From: Spizellomyces punctatus DAOM BR117
Taxonomy: Eukaryota
Reading direction: 5' to 3' (one strand)
DNA length: 64,000 nt
Assembly: GCA_000182565.2 (NCBI GenBank)
Contig: KQ257458.1
Shown here: positions 51,897 through 64,000 of the stretch, in pieces
Layout of the letters: every line of letters starts with the position of its first letter
Position numbering within the stretch: position 1 is the first letter of the stretch
Position numbers and translations under genes: made by a program
The notes under the pieces: generated by a model
Database searches by the model: none
What the model was told of the DNA's origin: nothing
Seen by the model: the letters and a program-made list of their open reading frames with translations, nothing else

Positions 51897-52232
51897 CTAC
51901 TGTTCAGCTGCCCGAAGCTTTGCCCAAAGCACGTCCAAAACTATCACATCAACAGCACACACAATCATAACAACCGCCGACCACAGCCTCCAACGCCTGT
52001 ATCTCTGGCGTGCTTGTTCAAGCTGATAATCGGTTACATGGATTGAAGTGGGTGGAGGGGGAGGTGGAGCGCGAGAGGGTGGTGGCGGGATGGAAGCGGG
52101 TGCATTATCTGGGGCCTTTCCTTTCCCTTTTGTGCTGCTTGGTGCGGAGTATTGCGGGTCTGGCTCAGTATTGGTTGAGATGGTAGTGTGACGGGGTTGG
52201 AAGAGACGTAGGATGGGACGGGGAAGTCTCAT
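51897..52232 (-). CDS. Small hypothetical single-pass membrane protein (111 aa), possibly mitochondrial
   Basis: Arg-rich presequence-like N-terminus, Pro-rich linker, C-terminal hydrophobic segment; no family recognised. Confidence 0.5.
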   Translation of the reverse strand: MRLPRPILRLFQPRHTTISTNTEPDPQYSAPSSTKGKGKAPDNAPASIPPPPSRAPPPPPPTSIHVTDYQLEQARQRYRRWRLWSAVVMIVCAVDVIVLDVLWAKLRAAEQ

Positions 52233-55200
52233 GTGTTATAGATCTCAACAAAGAAAGCCCAAATGAAGATGTTTCTGATCAATCACTAATGGTTGTTGCA
52301 AAAGTTGATGGGCCCGCCTGGAGTGCAGCAATATCTGTCGAGGCATAACATCTACTCATCTTACAAATAGATACCAAAGGCTTGGCAGTGACAATGGATG
52401 TGCTACCATCGTTCTATGAGAAGAATCAGTCGTCAAAGGCATAATGGCATTTTTGTAATGGTTGAGTTTTCTTTCATTTTGGTTAATCTGTCGGAATGTA
52501 GTTACATAATCACATTTGACTCGATCAGGTTGATCAACTTTGTCGTGAGATCGTTGCGCAAGTTATCTCGAATCTATACGAGCATTCGAGAGCTGTGGAC
52601 ATCTACTAGGCAAGAAGCTTGTTCCTGCTCGGTGTGTGCTTTTGACTTGCGCTTCACATAATTAACGTGCGTGAAAGATCAGGAAAATAGCTGTTTTATC
52701 AGCGGGGAAGACGCAGCCAGGGATAGCTTGGCGTGTATCAATGTCCGCCAGCATAGGTATAGGCAGAAGCCGAAAACGTATCCGCCAGCCGTTAGGTAAT
52801 GCAGACTAACGTTCTGCTGCCGGGAAGCCAAGGTGTTGCCAGTGGGCTGAATATCCCGTAGACATCGATTGTCCTTAGCTTCACCTCCAACATACCCTGT
52901 TTGCACTGCACGCTCACATGGCCAACCTCGTTGTAGTTTGTTGGTAGCAAACTCTTCAGGTCCTTGGTCTAATTGCAACCTTGCCTGTCGATATAAACAA
53001 TGGATGTCCTAAGGAAGATTTGAATCAAAGCCGTCTTGGCTGCAGACTCCCACTGTTGGTTTGCCTGACAGAACTTTTTCATAACTTTTGTCTTCGCATG
53101 CTTTTTTCAGACCAATTTGTTGGGACGGACACCAGCAGGCGTCTGTCGACACAATTTCCTGCTGGCCAGTTTTCCAAAACAGCTTTCATGCATTGTGACC
53201 TCCTGGGAGTGGAAAGCCCATTTCCACTCACAATCGGAGATAATCTTCTTCAGAATCCGAAGAGGACGTGAATTTGTTCAGAGCGAAGGAGTAAGTTGCC
53301 TATGCCACGCGGCAGAGTGGGTAAGACGTCAAAAAGGCGCAGGAAGATATCTTTCTTCCTGCACGAAACAGGCAATAGAGTTTGTATCGAAACGTACGTA
53401 GTGCGGCTGGGCAAATGTCCCACGGAGCATGGTGTGCGAGCGCAACGAGCGACCTCGTTCAAACCGTTTGCTGCTTTCCTGTGCATCTTCATTCTTAGCT
53501 TCACTACAGCAGCCACCACAAATGGGTTGATTCATATCGCAATGGACAATGTGTACCTGATCTGCACGCATGAAATTTTCGTATGTATAGAAGATTACGG
53601 GACATGTTTTCAAATAGTTCACAAGCACAAAATGAACTTGGAGATAGCTCAATTCTCAGCTCCACCGTTGAGAAACGCATTATGATGAAGGCGATCTGGA
53701 AAGTACACTGAAAACCAGCGCCACCTCGAACGACCAAAATTGCAAGCACAAAGGTTCACGCAGCAAGCTCATCCCTTATCGATCCCTCGAGATTTCATCC
53801 GGCTCTTCCATGCGTCCGACATACGCACATTGCTCAAAGAGCACCACTTGCCACGCCTAACAACCAACCAATTCAGCAGTCCTTTTAGTCACACTCGTAT
53901 CCAACCCACCAATAACAAGCAAAGCAGGACAATGCAAATCACCAACAGCCAGGTTTGCTCGGCTTTTGGGCCAAATGATTGGAATCATTTCGCGAACTTT
54001 AGCCCCACATGACCGCTTCGGCCGGCTGGTTGTCCGACTCCATCCGCCCATTTTCCCCAATATAGATCACTATACTTAAAGGAACATATAGCATGATAGG
54101 TACAATTATGCGTCGCCATGGCGGAAGGATTCGATATTCGAAAGCGGAATGTTCCGTTCAAGTGTTCTATGGCAGTAATCTATTATGGTATAAAGCACAC
54201 GACCCAACAGACTCCGGCTTTTAGCCGCGGCTCTTGTGGTTCAAAAAAATCACGGCTTACCCCATTGCCATCACTTGCCCGAGGCTACAAAAAGCAGCAC
54301 CCTCCCTTCCCAAACCAATAACGACCAACAACGGTTCTCACTTGATGCCCAGACTGTACGAGTACGTCAATTATCGAACCGGTCAAGTATGGTCCCGAGA
54401 CATATCATATCTCTCTTTTTTCTTGATTCTGCTGGTCATGTTGTCGCTTCACGTGCTGGTGTCAATGTGGATGTGGGGTCTCCTGTAATCGACGATCAGA
54501 CGAGCACAATAATTGGCCCGCAGACAACCGAACCCTTGATCTACCAAACCACCGTGGTCGTCGTGGGATGATGGGCATGATGTTGGATTTGCCATCATGG
54601 GTGTTGAATGGCTATATGGACATTCCGGGGGAACCTATTGGGAATGCCTGCTTCACGGGATACACCCCGCTCTGTGGATCTTCTTTTTGCGTTGCCCTGT
54701 TGGAAGGCTTTGACGTTTGCCATCAAGACGATCAGTGCGGCGGTTACAGCCTTTTTGGATGAGCATTTCAGTACGGCCGGGCAATGGCGATAGCCCATCC
54801 ACTGAAGGTGTTTTATAAACTCACAAAAATAGGTTGTAACGAAATTTAACAGTAGCATAGTAGTCTGTACCTAATAAAATTGCCATATTTACGTATTGGA
54901 AGAGAATGTCGCGAGTGATGAAGGAAAGTATCGTTAGGAGTTGAACGGAGGACCAGAACTTTTCAAGCAATGCAGGGCAACTGCCCGTCGAAAGTCTGGG
55001 CATCTTCGTGTGTTTTCTTCCGTTTTGGACAATAGCACATCCTTGAGCCTGATCTTTGCACCAAGAGCGTCAAGAATACTGTGCTCATATCAGAATTGGA
55101 TCAGCGGTCACTGATTGTCATCAGTTCTTAAGACATATAGTAATTCCCATACAGGCTTCGTCCTACTTGCGTCCGCCTTACTGAGGGACTAGGTCATAGG

Positions 55201-55523
55201 TACTGCCGTATCACCCAAGTCACTAGATAGAGTTACCTCCCACTGCAGCACTTCAGCTCTTGCCCAGTGGATGGTTTACATGCGGCATACACTTTGAATG
55301 TAACGGCTTTAAGACCGGTTTCTAGGCAGGTCTTTAGCAAGTCTCAAGCGTATCGGAAATCCACCTCCATGGCGAGACAGCACATCACGTGCATTCACAG
55401 GGTCTCTTGGTTTATGTGAAGTGTGGGGGGGGGGGGGGGGGGGTTCCCGCATAGCACAACTTCAAAAGCATGTGGCAAGTTGCCAGTCTTTAAACTGCTT
55501 TCAAAACAGCCTGGCAAACACAC

Positions 55524-56429
55524 ATGGCCACCATACTTACACCACCAGACGCTTTTGGCATCGTGGAACGAGGGGTATACCGCTCAAGTACGCTTCACCC
55601 CACAAACTTTTCATATATTCGGACGCTGGGTCTTCGAAGTGTGGTGGTTTTGACGCCCGATGTGCCTTCAAAGGGCGTACAGGCTTTTTATGAGGACTGT
55701 GGGACGCGGCTGGTGAGGCGCCAGATAAAAGTCCTTGACTTGATAACGAGTCTTACGCGGTGCATGCATAGATCCACCTCGGTCTGCAAACTTGGCGCCC
55801 AAACCTAGGTTGGAGACCTGTTAGCGAGGAACTGATCAAGGAAGGACTCGAACTCGTGCTTAATGTAAACAATCATCCCGTCATGGTTATGTGCACGTAT
55901 GTAAGTCCTCTGTTGAGTCCATCAATGAAACTCCTTGCTGGAGTGCTAATAAATGATTTGTTATAGATCGGGCATACATGATACAGGAACCTTCATAGGT
56001 TGCTTGCGCAAATTGCAAGGATGGAACTTCAACTCGATCATCGTTGAGGTTAGTCACGCGCAATGTCATACACCAATTCAGAGACGTAATATATCAGGGC
56101 TTGCAGTATCGCAGCTATGCTGGGAGTAAAGCTCGATACGTAAACGAACAATTCATTGAATTGTTTGATATGGATTTGGTGACTCTGCCAAGAGATCTAC
56201 CGTCTTGGTTTCTCTATCAACAAAAGTTACTGGTATGTCAATGATGAACACAGGTGATTTATCTCGAAATGATCAACTAAATGCGCCCGTGCTCTGTATA
56301 CAGCAGGAGGAAGAAGAAGAATTCGAGAGGAAGAAAGCCGGGAGGCAGACGCCAATATCCCGCTCACCAATACTTGCGCAAGCGTTGATCTCCTCTCCCA
56401 CTTCAAACACAATTGAAACGAATGCTTGA
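55524..56429 (+). CDS. OCA4: Siw14/OCA-family tyrosine-phosphatase-like protein, OCA4-like and probably inactive, multi-exon
   Basis: LTPPDAFGIVERGVYRS, HPVMVMCT|SGIHDTGTFIGCLRKLQGWNFNSIIVE|YRSYAGSKARYVNEQFIELFD. Confidence 0.85.
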
Positions 56430-56547
56430 AAAATCAAATATCAGATTTGTACATAAAGTTTGGCAATCCTGCCTGTCCTACTGTAAAAGAATACACAATA
56501 AACTCATATATGAAGAGGTATCACCACCAGCCCTTCCAGTCAAAGAC

Positions 56548-58204
56548 CTAATTTCTTTCTTCGCGCTGCGACCATGACCGTAGCGACGAGGTATCCGCCC
56601 CAAACCCGCCGACGTCCCGAATCATGTTGCGGTCACTCCATGGAGGAACTCGGTTATTTAGACCATTCTCCTTGTGCCATTGTCGTGTCGGTGTTGTTGA
56701 CGAAGACATGTTCCCGTCAAATGAGGTACTCAATTCATCAAGTAGGGTGAATCGCGAAAGAAGATAACGCGAATCGGCGTCGAGGTCCATTTGCGTTGAC
56801 GAATCCGAAGAATCGCTCACGCCTGCACAATCAAAATCCAGGTCCATCTCAAGCGCGGGATCCAACACATCGAGATCACTTATATCCACCATATTGTCAG
56901 ACCACCAAGAAAGAGTGCTCAAATCTGCAGTCTGGATGCCCTTGTCCTGTCCGCTGACTTTGCCCGACGCCAGTGAAAATGACGTGATGTCCATGCCCAT
57001 TACTTCTTTTTGCTTCTTACTGGCATTCCCGTCCGCATCCGCAACGGAGCACTCGTACGACGGCAACGGCTCGTCAATGGGGCCATGAGAACCGAATATC
57101 TCCTTGTAGTCCTCCGTCAGCGGTCTATCTTCAGTTTGTCCAGCACTACACACGCTCCAGCTCAATAGAGGAGACGGCGGTGCAGAGTCATCATACCGTA
57201 CAGCCTCGGAATCTGCGTATGACAATAAAGTGTCAGGATTTGAATCTGAATTTTCCAGCTCCCACTGTGTGGCAGCGACAGACTCCTTCGTGTTCACGTC
57301 CAAGTAGGGTGGAAGGGGTTCGTTGGTCTCGCCAGGTCCCAGCATGGGTCTGTATGGAGGAGCATGGGTATCGGTGTTTGAGGGGGGAATAGGGAGCGCA
57401 GCAAGGGCGATAGTTGACGATCCTGCGGCTGATGGGCGACAGTTAAGGGCGTATCCGAGGATGCTATGAGGGGTATCTGACAGACGTGAGGGAAGGTTTG
57501 AAGATTTTTGGTCACGGTACGGTGGCAGCGGCTCCGCTTCCTCTGGCATCGCTGCTAGTCCTGAAAGGTAGTCCTTCATAAACAATTCGTCCTTCTCGTC
57601 CACCGACGTCAAAGGAGGGTCAACGTCTGCATCAGTAAAGTCACAGGAATCGTCGGCACCGGACGCTTCGGAATGAGAATCACACGTATTTGATGAGGAA
57701 TTGGCGACGTCAGTCTCGACCTTGAAGGCGTCACCGGGCTGCCCTTCATCAATCCTCAACAGCAATTCGACAAATTCCCCGTGAGTAACATTGCCATCAC
57801 ATACTAGCTGGCTTTTTTTATCCCTGAACTTTTGTCTCAGTTCAGTTGAGAGCCACACGGTCCAGCCAGAGCCACGCGGTGCTAACCGTCGAGCTTGGTC
57901 AACAAATGACGGTGGAATAGAGCAACCATGCGCTGGAGATGGGAGGAGGTCAAGAAGGTGGGAAAGGTAAGAGTCGTACGGCTCTTGAAAGCGAGCACGG
58001 TGTTCCTAGAAAAAAAAACGTCAACATGCAGCTGTGCGGCAGGTGCGAAGTTGTTACGCTTACTGTTGGCAATTTGAGACTATGTCTTGTTCCTTTTCTG
58101 GAGTCTTCATACCGTTTATCCCACGCTTCCTTGCGCATGTCCTTGCGCCGAAGACCTTGTGGGCGGGTGGATGACGAAGACCTGACGTTGAAATTCACTT
58201 CCAT
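56548..58204 (-). CDS. Hypothetical protein, 2 exons; putative DNA-binding N-terminus, acidic PY-motif C-terminus
   Basis: Exon 1 MEVNFNVR..HSLKLPT joins in frame through a GTAAGC..TTCTAG intron to a long open exon EHRARFQ..WSQREERN*. Confidence 0.75.
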
Positions 58205-58608
58205 CGTTGAGGAAATCTGCTGCCGCTAATGTTGATAAGTTTTGGAGAGTTTGTAATAGTTGGTGGGCAGTGGTGACCTCGATATTTCCGCCATGTTTTG
58301 GTGGCACAGTCATAAACTTGCAGTTTTACGGACCTGATACTTTGCAACTTCCTGTAATGGACTTTGATTGCCCTTCCGTCAAGCTACCGGCTCAAAACAG
58401 CAATGTGTGAGCGACCTCAAAATATTTATAAAACACACATTGATTGAGATGGCAGAAGCAGCCGGAAAGTTAAAGCCTATGCCTTCCTGGCTGCGGTTTG
58501 AAGTTCGTGGTCGCAGATTATGTAAGCTTGACGCGGCCACTGGAAATAACTGATCTCAACTAGTAGCCATTAGTCGCCCACCTTCTCCAGTAGATATCTC
58601 GTTTCAAG

Positions 58609-61031
58609 ATGGTAATTCACAAGCATCCACACGTTATGTTTTGCCTATCTACAAGATAACCAATTGGCGGGGTAGATGTTATCACGAGTTAAACCCGCCG
58701 TCAGTACGGGACCGGGGGGGACAGCAGGCGGCATCGTAAACATTGACAAGAAAAAGAAAGCGCCAAAACTGGAAGATTTTGTTGAGAGTAGAGACTTCAC
58801 AGGAGCGATTACCCTTTTGGAGGTAGGATTGCAACTATCGTGGTTAATTGCAGCGAATGTGGAGCCAAACCATCTTCTGCGGAACAGTTCAACGCAGCGG
58901 CTGGAAAACAAGATCAAGATACGTTGGCATGGCTTGGATATGCCGCGTTTCATTTGAGTGATTATAAAAAGGCCATGGAGGTGGGTTCTCTCGATCTTTA
59001 AACTGTATCGATCAGTGCGGCCGTCTCTGACATGGATCAACGCCTTGGAAGGAAGACGTACCAAGCAATGTTGCAAGACCCGAAATGTGATCCTTTGGTG
59101 CATCTTTATCTCGGATGTTGCTATTTCTTCTTGGGAATGTATAGGGAGGCAGACGAGGAGGCTCAGAAAGGTGAGGTGAATGAAAAGGTCAATGACCATG
59201 ACGGTGTGCTAACTGGAGGATGCTGCAGGACCTACCTGCAAATTACAGAACAGACTTCTTTTTCACCTATCCCACAAATTTAATGACGAGAAACGCTTGA
59301 TGGGGTACCATCAGAATCTTCAGGATGTGATTGAGGATCAGGTAAATGCAATCTACCTGGAACTCGAACGCGCACTTGATGAACCTCAACTCCCGACAGC
59401 TGAGCTTGGCGTCTATCCATTACCTTCGAAGCCACTACCAAGAAGCGATAGATATTTACAAGCGGATACTGGTTGAGCATCGGTAACGGTTGATGTTTCT
59501 CTTCGGCCGATCCAGTGCAGTGGTCAAACTTAACCGCCATCTCATAATTTCAGAGAATATCTGGCCATAAACGTCTACATTGCCATGTGCTACTACAAGC
59601 TTGACTACTACGACGTCTCGCAGGAAGTCCTATCTGTCTACCTGCAACAGTATCCGGACAGCGTGGTTGCCATCAACCTCAAAGCGTGCAATCATTTCCG
59701 ACTGTACAATGGAAAGGCCGCAGAACAAGAATTCAAAGCAATGACCGAGAAAATGTCACCCCATTTCCACTTTGCAGAGGATCTGATAAAGCATAATTTG
59801 GTACTAAGGGAATGCGCTGGTGATTTGAATGATAGGCAACATCTGACTAGAGTCATGATAGGTTGTCTTTCGAAATGGTGAAGGTGCCCTGCAGGTTTTT
59901 CCACCTCTTCTGGACGTTATTCCCGAAGCTAGATTGAATCTCGTAATATACCACTTGCGAAATAACGACATCATCGCCGCTTTCAATCTAATGAAGGATG
60001 TCGAGCCATCCACACCCCAGGTACCTGTCGTCTAGATCGGAATATTGTAACGTTGCTTATCCACCAGGATAGGAATACATCCTGAAAGGGATCGTCAATG
60101 CGGCACTCGGCCAAGAACAAGAATCTCGAGAGCATCTCAAAATTGCACAGCAATACTTTCAACTGGTGGGAGGATCGGCGAGCGAGTGTGACACAATACC
60201 CGGGAGGCAGTGCATGGCTTCTTGCTTCTTTTTGCTGAAGCAGTTTGAGGATGTTTTGATATATTTGAATTCCATCAAGGTATTTGTTCACGGTAGTTTT
60301 CATTGTAACTGCATTCTGTAGTAACACTGAAAGGATAGGGATACTTTTACAATGACGATACCTTTAATTACAACTATGCACAAGCCAAAGTGGCAACTGG
60401 AGCGTACGAGGAAGCTGAAGAGATACTGTTGACAATACAAAATGAGAAGTGCAAAAATGACTATGCATATTTGAGCCATTTAGCGCGATGCTGTGAGTGG
60501 ACAGTTCGATTGGACGCAACAGGGTATAGATAATGTATCTAACGTTGTTCTTACCATACAGATGTCATGAACAAGAAACCTCGACTTGCCTGGGAACTAT
60601 ACCTCAAAATGGAGACTTCAAGTGAATCCTTCAGTCTACTTCAACTCATAGCCAACGATTGCTACAAGGTAATAGTCTTTACATTGCCTACTTTCAACCT
60701 CTTTCATCTCCTTACCCGATTGCACCAAAGATGACCCAATATTACTACTCAGCGAAAGCATTCGACGTATTAGAACGCCTCGACCCCAACCCGGAATATT
60801 GGGATGGAAAACGAGGCGCTTGCATAGGCGTATTCAAGCAAGTAGTGCAAGGGGAAGAACCAAAAGAGTTGCTACGGGATGTAGTTACAATGTTGAGAAA
60901 TACGGCCAATCCGCAGGTGGAATATATCATTAGGATTGTCAAGAAGGTACGCTTTCCGATTGTCCTTGTCGATGATTTTGTTTGCTGACACGTCGCCGTA
61001 GTATGCAAAAGATAATCGGATACCATTGTGA
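58609..61031 (+). CDS. IFT56: Intraflagellar transport protein 56 (TTC26/DYF-13), many exons
   Basis: [102 protein letters not shown]. Confidence 0.96.
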
Positions 61032-61474
61032 GCTGTGCAAGTTAGTACAATAGTGGAAAGTTGCATGTCCGTTCTTTGTATACACAATTTGGGTGTAACT
61101 GTTCAGTGTCGTGGCATTGTAAAAACGCAGACATCAAGCTATAACTTCTCTAGCAGTTAGCGTCCTTCTTACACATCCTCCTTACACAGAGTTTGGACTG
61201 CTAGTGTATTGTATCATCGAAATCATGCAACAGCGAATAGATGGAATGATGGAAGGTGGACAGGAAGAAATCACACTCTTCAAATGCACTACCAGACACG
61301 TCTGTGGCTTGGCACTTGTGGCTTTGGCCAGCATGAATGGGACTCTCCACAAACCAGCTCGACTATTGGAGATCAGGCAGCGATTGCATTCTCCTTCTAA
61401 CAAAACCCCTTTGACCGTACCAACAAAGCCTAATATCAAGATTGAGCAACCAGTGAACGGGAATCCATTTCAAA

Positions 61475-62856
61475 ATGACGTCCACCTATGAAGACATTTT
61501 CGGAGGGTCTGAGAGTGAGCTCGATGAGCTGGAGGACGTTCTATCCGATGACGAGGAGCGACAAGCGTCGGCGAACGAAAGTGCCGATGAATACGAATCC
61601 CCTGTAAAACTCCCATCCTTTAAAAAGAAAGACAGTGCACAAGTTGAACTTCCCGAAGAGTTGAAACGACGAGCACCCAAAAAACGGAAAACACCATCCA
61701 AACGGGGCCGTGGAACTGTGGAAAGACAGCCACATGATTCGGAAGAAGAGGCACCGCGAGAGCGTTCGCTGAGTCCGGATGCTTTGAAGCGATTAGAAGC
61801 GTCAATGGATGTTGAGGAAGCATTGAAGAAGACGAGGACCAAACGACCAAAGCAAGATTTACCTGATGAGGCGGAAATGGATGAGCGGATGGTCAAATTG
61901 CTCACAGACATGAAGAGAGCGGCACAACAGGACGGAGAGTTGAATAAAAGTAATCACCCTGCTATCGAAAAGCTGAAAATGCTGCCAAGAGTCATGAACC
62001 TGCTGCAAAGGGAGCAGTTGTATGAGCAATTTTTGGAGAACAACGTTTTGGAGGGCATGAAACTCTGGTACGTGGGATTGGAGGCTACTGGTCGTTATCT
62101 GAGAAACGAGTCATGCTCAACCACTGGTTCGCAGGCTGGAACCATTACCCGACGCCTCACTACCGAGTCTTGACATTCAAAGAAACATTTTCGAAACTTT
62201 GACCAGAGTATGTCGAATATGTAGTCATCGCGCCGACTTGGGATCTATGGCCTAAACAATTTCCATGATGCTGGTCATTGATAGATGCCAATTAGAACAT
62301 CGCATCTCCGTGACAGCCTGATCGGTCGCATTGTAAATTTCTATTCAAAATGCGAACGGGTTCCGCCAGAAATAAAGAAGACTGCCGCACAGCTAGTTGG
62401 TAGGTGGAATGTATAGTTACGATGGCATGTGCCCCTTGCTCAACTCAATCGTCCTTAATAGACAAATGGATGCGCCCCATCCTGCACCGCAGCGCCAGCT
62501 ACCGTGACCACAAAATTGTGGTAGCATCAGTCGACCCTACCGAGCGACCCATTAAGAGATCGGCGCGACCCTCTATTGCCAAGCCAGGCGGCAAGGATGA
62601 GGATAGCTCAATGCGCGCCCGGATCCCACAACGGGTCGCACCCGCCTTTACTGTCATGCCAGCGTCGAATGTTGTTGTGTCAGGGTTATCCTCAGAAAGC
62701 AGAAATAAACAGGTGGGTAGCCTTAATGCAATTTAGACACAATAGTATCCGTTCAGATACTCACGTGGTTTGCAGATGTTGCAAAACGACAAATATAGGC
62801 GTATGCAACAGCGAATGAAATTGATGAAGAGTGCGGGAAAAGTCAAAGGGCGATGA
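61475..62856 (+). CDS. IWS1: Transcription factor Iws1/Spn1 (TFIIS N-terminal domain), multi-exon
   Basis: Acidic N-terminus; PAIEKLKMLPRV; FLENNVLEGMKLW|LEPLPDASLPSLDIQ; LRDSLIGRIVNFY; KWMRPI. Confidence 0.93.
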
Positions 62857-63807
62857 TACTATTTGATAAACTTTGTCCATCGTTGTGGCGTCTTTGCACC
62901 TTTGTGCGTTTGGGGGTTACGAGTAGAAGCTTGATAACTACCTTGCGTTGTTTCCCTATTTAATTAAAAAACGTGGGTGTGCAATCTTCTAGAGTGCTGT
63001 CACGTGAACATGAAGTAATCGTCGGAGTTTGGAATGCACACCGTCTAGGAACCCCATGGGACCTGTGACAGGTTGTGTAGTATTTTCAAACGTATCTTGA
63101 TTACTTCTGCGAATCTTTTGCAGTGCGGCAAGTGGGTTCAGATCACTTCAAGGATATTTCTCCGCAATCAAGAAGATCTGGACCTTATTTTGCAAGTTCC
63201 ACAGTCCTGTTGCTCTTGGCGGTAAGCCGTTGCCGTACAATCGACTTGGTACGATCAAACCCCACAGTATCCCCATAGTCTCCCGAAGTTTATGTGGCTG
63301 AAAAATCCTCCGAATCGGCGAGCCATGTCATGCGATGTCATGTAGCTCCGGTTACTATTTTCACTTGCACCCTCGTTCGTATCCTTCTATCTAAACTGGC
63401 GCTCAAAATAGTAACTTCCGGATATGTGTTGTACGCAGGTCATGGATGTTTACCAAGCAAATAATGCGTTATTCGGAGGAAGAAACAATCCAAGGAAAGG
63501 CGGATCTGGTGTTAAAAGTTGGAACCTGGATACGGCCGAGGACCAATACTTATTTTTAGAATCCAAACAACTTCCAACTTGGCCAATTTTTGGTAATTTC
63601 GGCATATGGTTAGATATCGGCAATATTGCAGTTCTTGAGGGAGCCTGGGTCATATCTCCTCGTGTGTTGACGAGAGCTCCCAAATAAGTTCCAAGTTGAA
63701 CAAAAACAAGCGACATACCCCCGCATTATTCCCCGCATTATTCCCCATTTATATTCTGGTTGGTCGGCACGCTGCTTGCAAATCTTCGAAGGGAAACACA
63801 CGAAAAC

Positions 63808-64000
63808 ATGGGCTACAGAAAGACCAAAAAGCTAAAGGCTAATCCTGCCCACCTGTTCTTGCAAGCTCCATCAATGCACGGGCAAGGCGGGAGCGTGGAT
63901 GATGATCCAGCTCGTAGTATTGATTCACCGCTGGATGCAACGATTGTGGAAACCGAATACCCTACAGAGGAGGAGCGGGCTTTTGAACATGGGCACGGCC
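63808..64000 (+). CDS. Possible 5' end of an unidentified gene (open frame to the window edge)
   Basis: ATG at 63808, in frame with ATG at 63874, stays open to 64000 (..MHGQGGSVDDDPARSIDSPLD..); no family recognised. Confidence 0.35.
   Translation, partial: MGYRKTKKLKANPAHLFLQAPSMHGQGGSVDDDPARSIDSPLDATIVETEYPTEEERAFEHGHG

Noticed and set aside
63379-63387. GTATCCTTC resembling a U12-type 5' splice site
   Set aside because: No U12 branch site (TCCTTAAC) or flanking exon found
63717-63746. Two-copy tandem repeat CCCCGCATTATT
   Set aside because: Only about two copies of a short unit; not a CRISPR or structured array

Overview
Eukaryotic, gene-dense and intron-rich sequence; most introns are ~50-90 nt GT-AG. 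Fungal-type genes (PRM10-like, OCA4-like, FUN14, ATP synthase e) sit next to a flagellar IFT-B gene (IFT56/TTC26), which points to a zoosporic (chytrid-like) fungus; this is an inference, not a database assignment. About 25 protein-coding genes were reconstructed by eye: RhoGAP (partial), ThrE/PRM10 exporter, PICH/ERCC6L, FUN14, AidB-like acyl-CoA dehydrogenase, RSM24, RRP1, DES1, phytochelatin synthase, YTM1, secreted ADA2, SLBP, RPB12, RRP45, COG2, ATP synthase e, MER3/HFM1, a probable GPI protein, verprolin/WIP, RPL32, an OCA4-like pseudophosphatase, IFT56, IWS1 and several orphans. There is one 280-nt assembly gap. No tRNA, rRNA, CRISPR or recognisable transposon was found. Most notable: (1) a histone stem-loop binding protein carrying two PAM2-like motifs, an RGG tract and a duplicated W-x-x-F-S-I-D-E-L-D motif; (2) a PICH-like translocase with TPR-like helices at both ends; (3) an orphan with two ribbon-helix-helix-like units, PY motifs and an acidic tail. 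CDS coordinates are start-to-stop spans including introns; exon boundaries are manual predictions.
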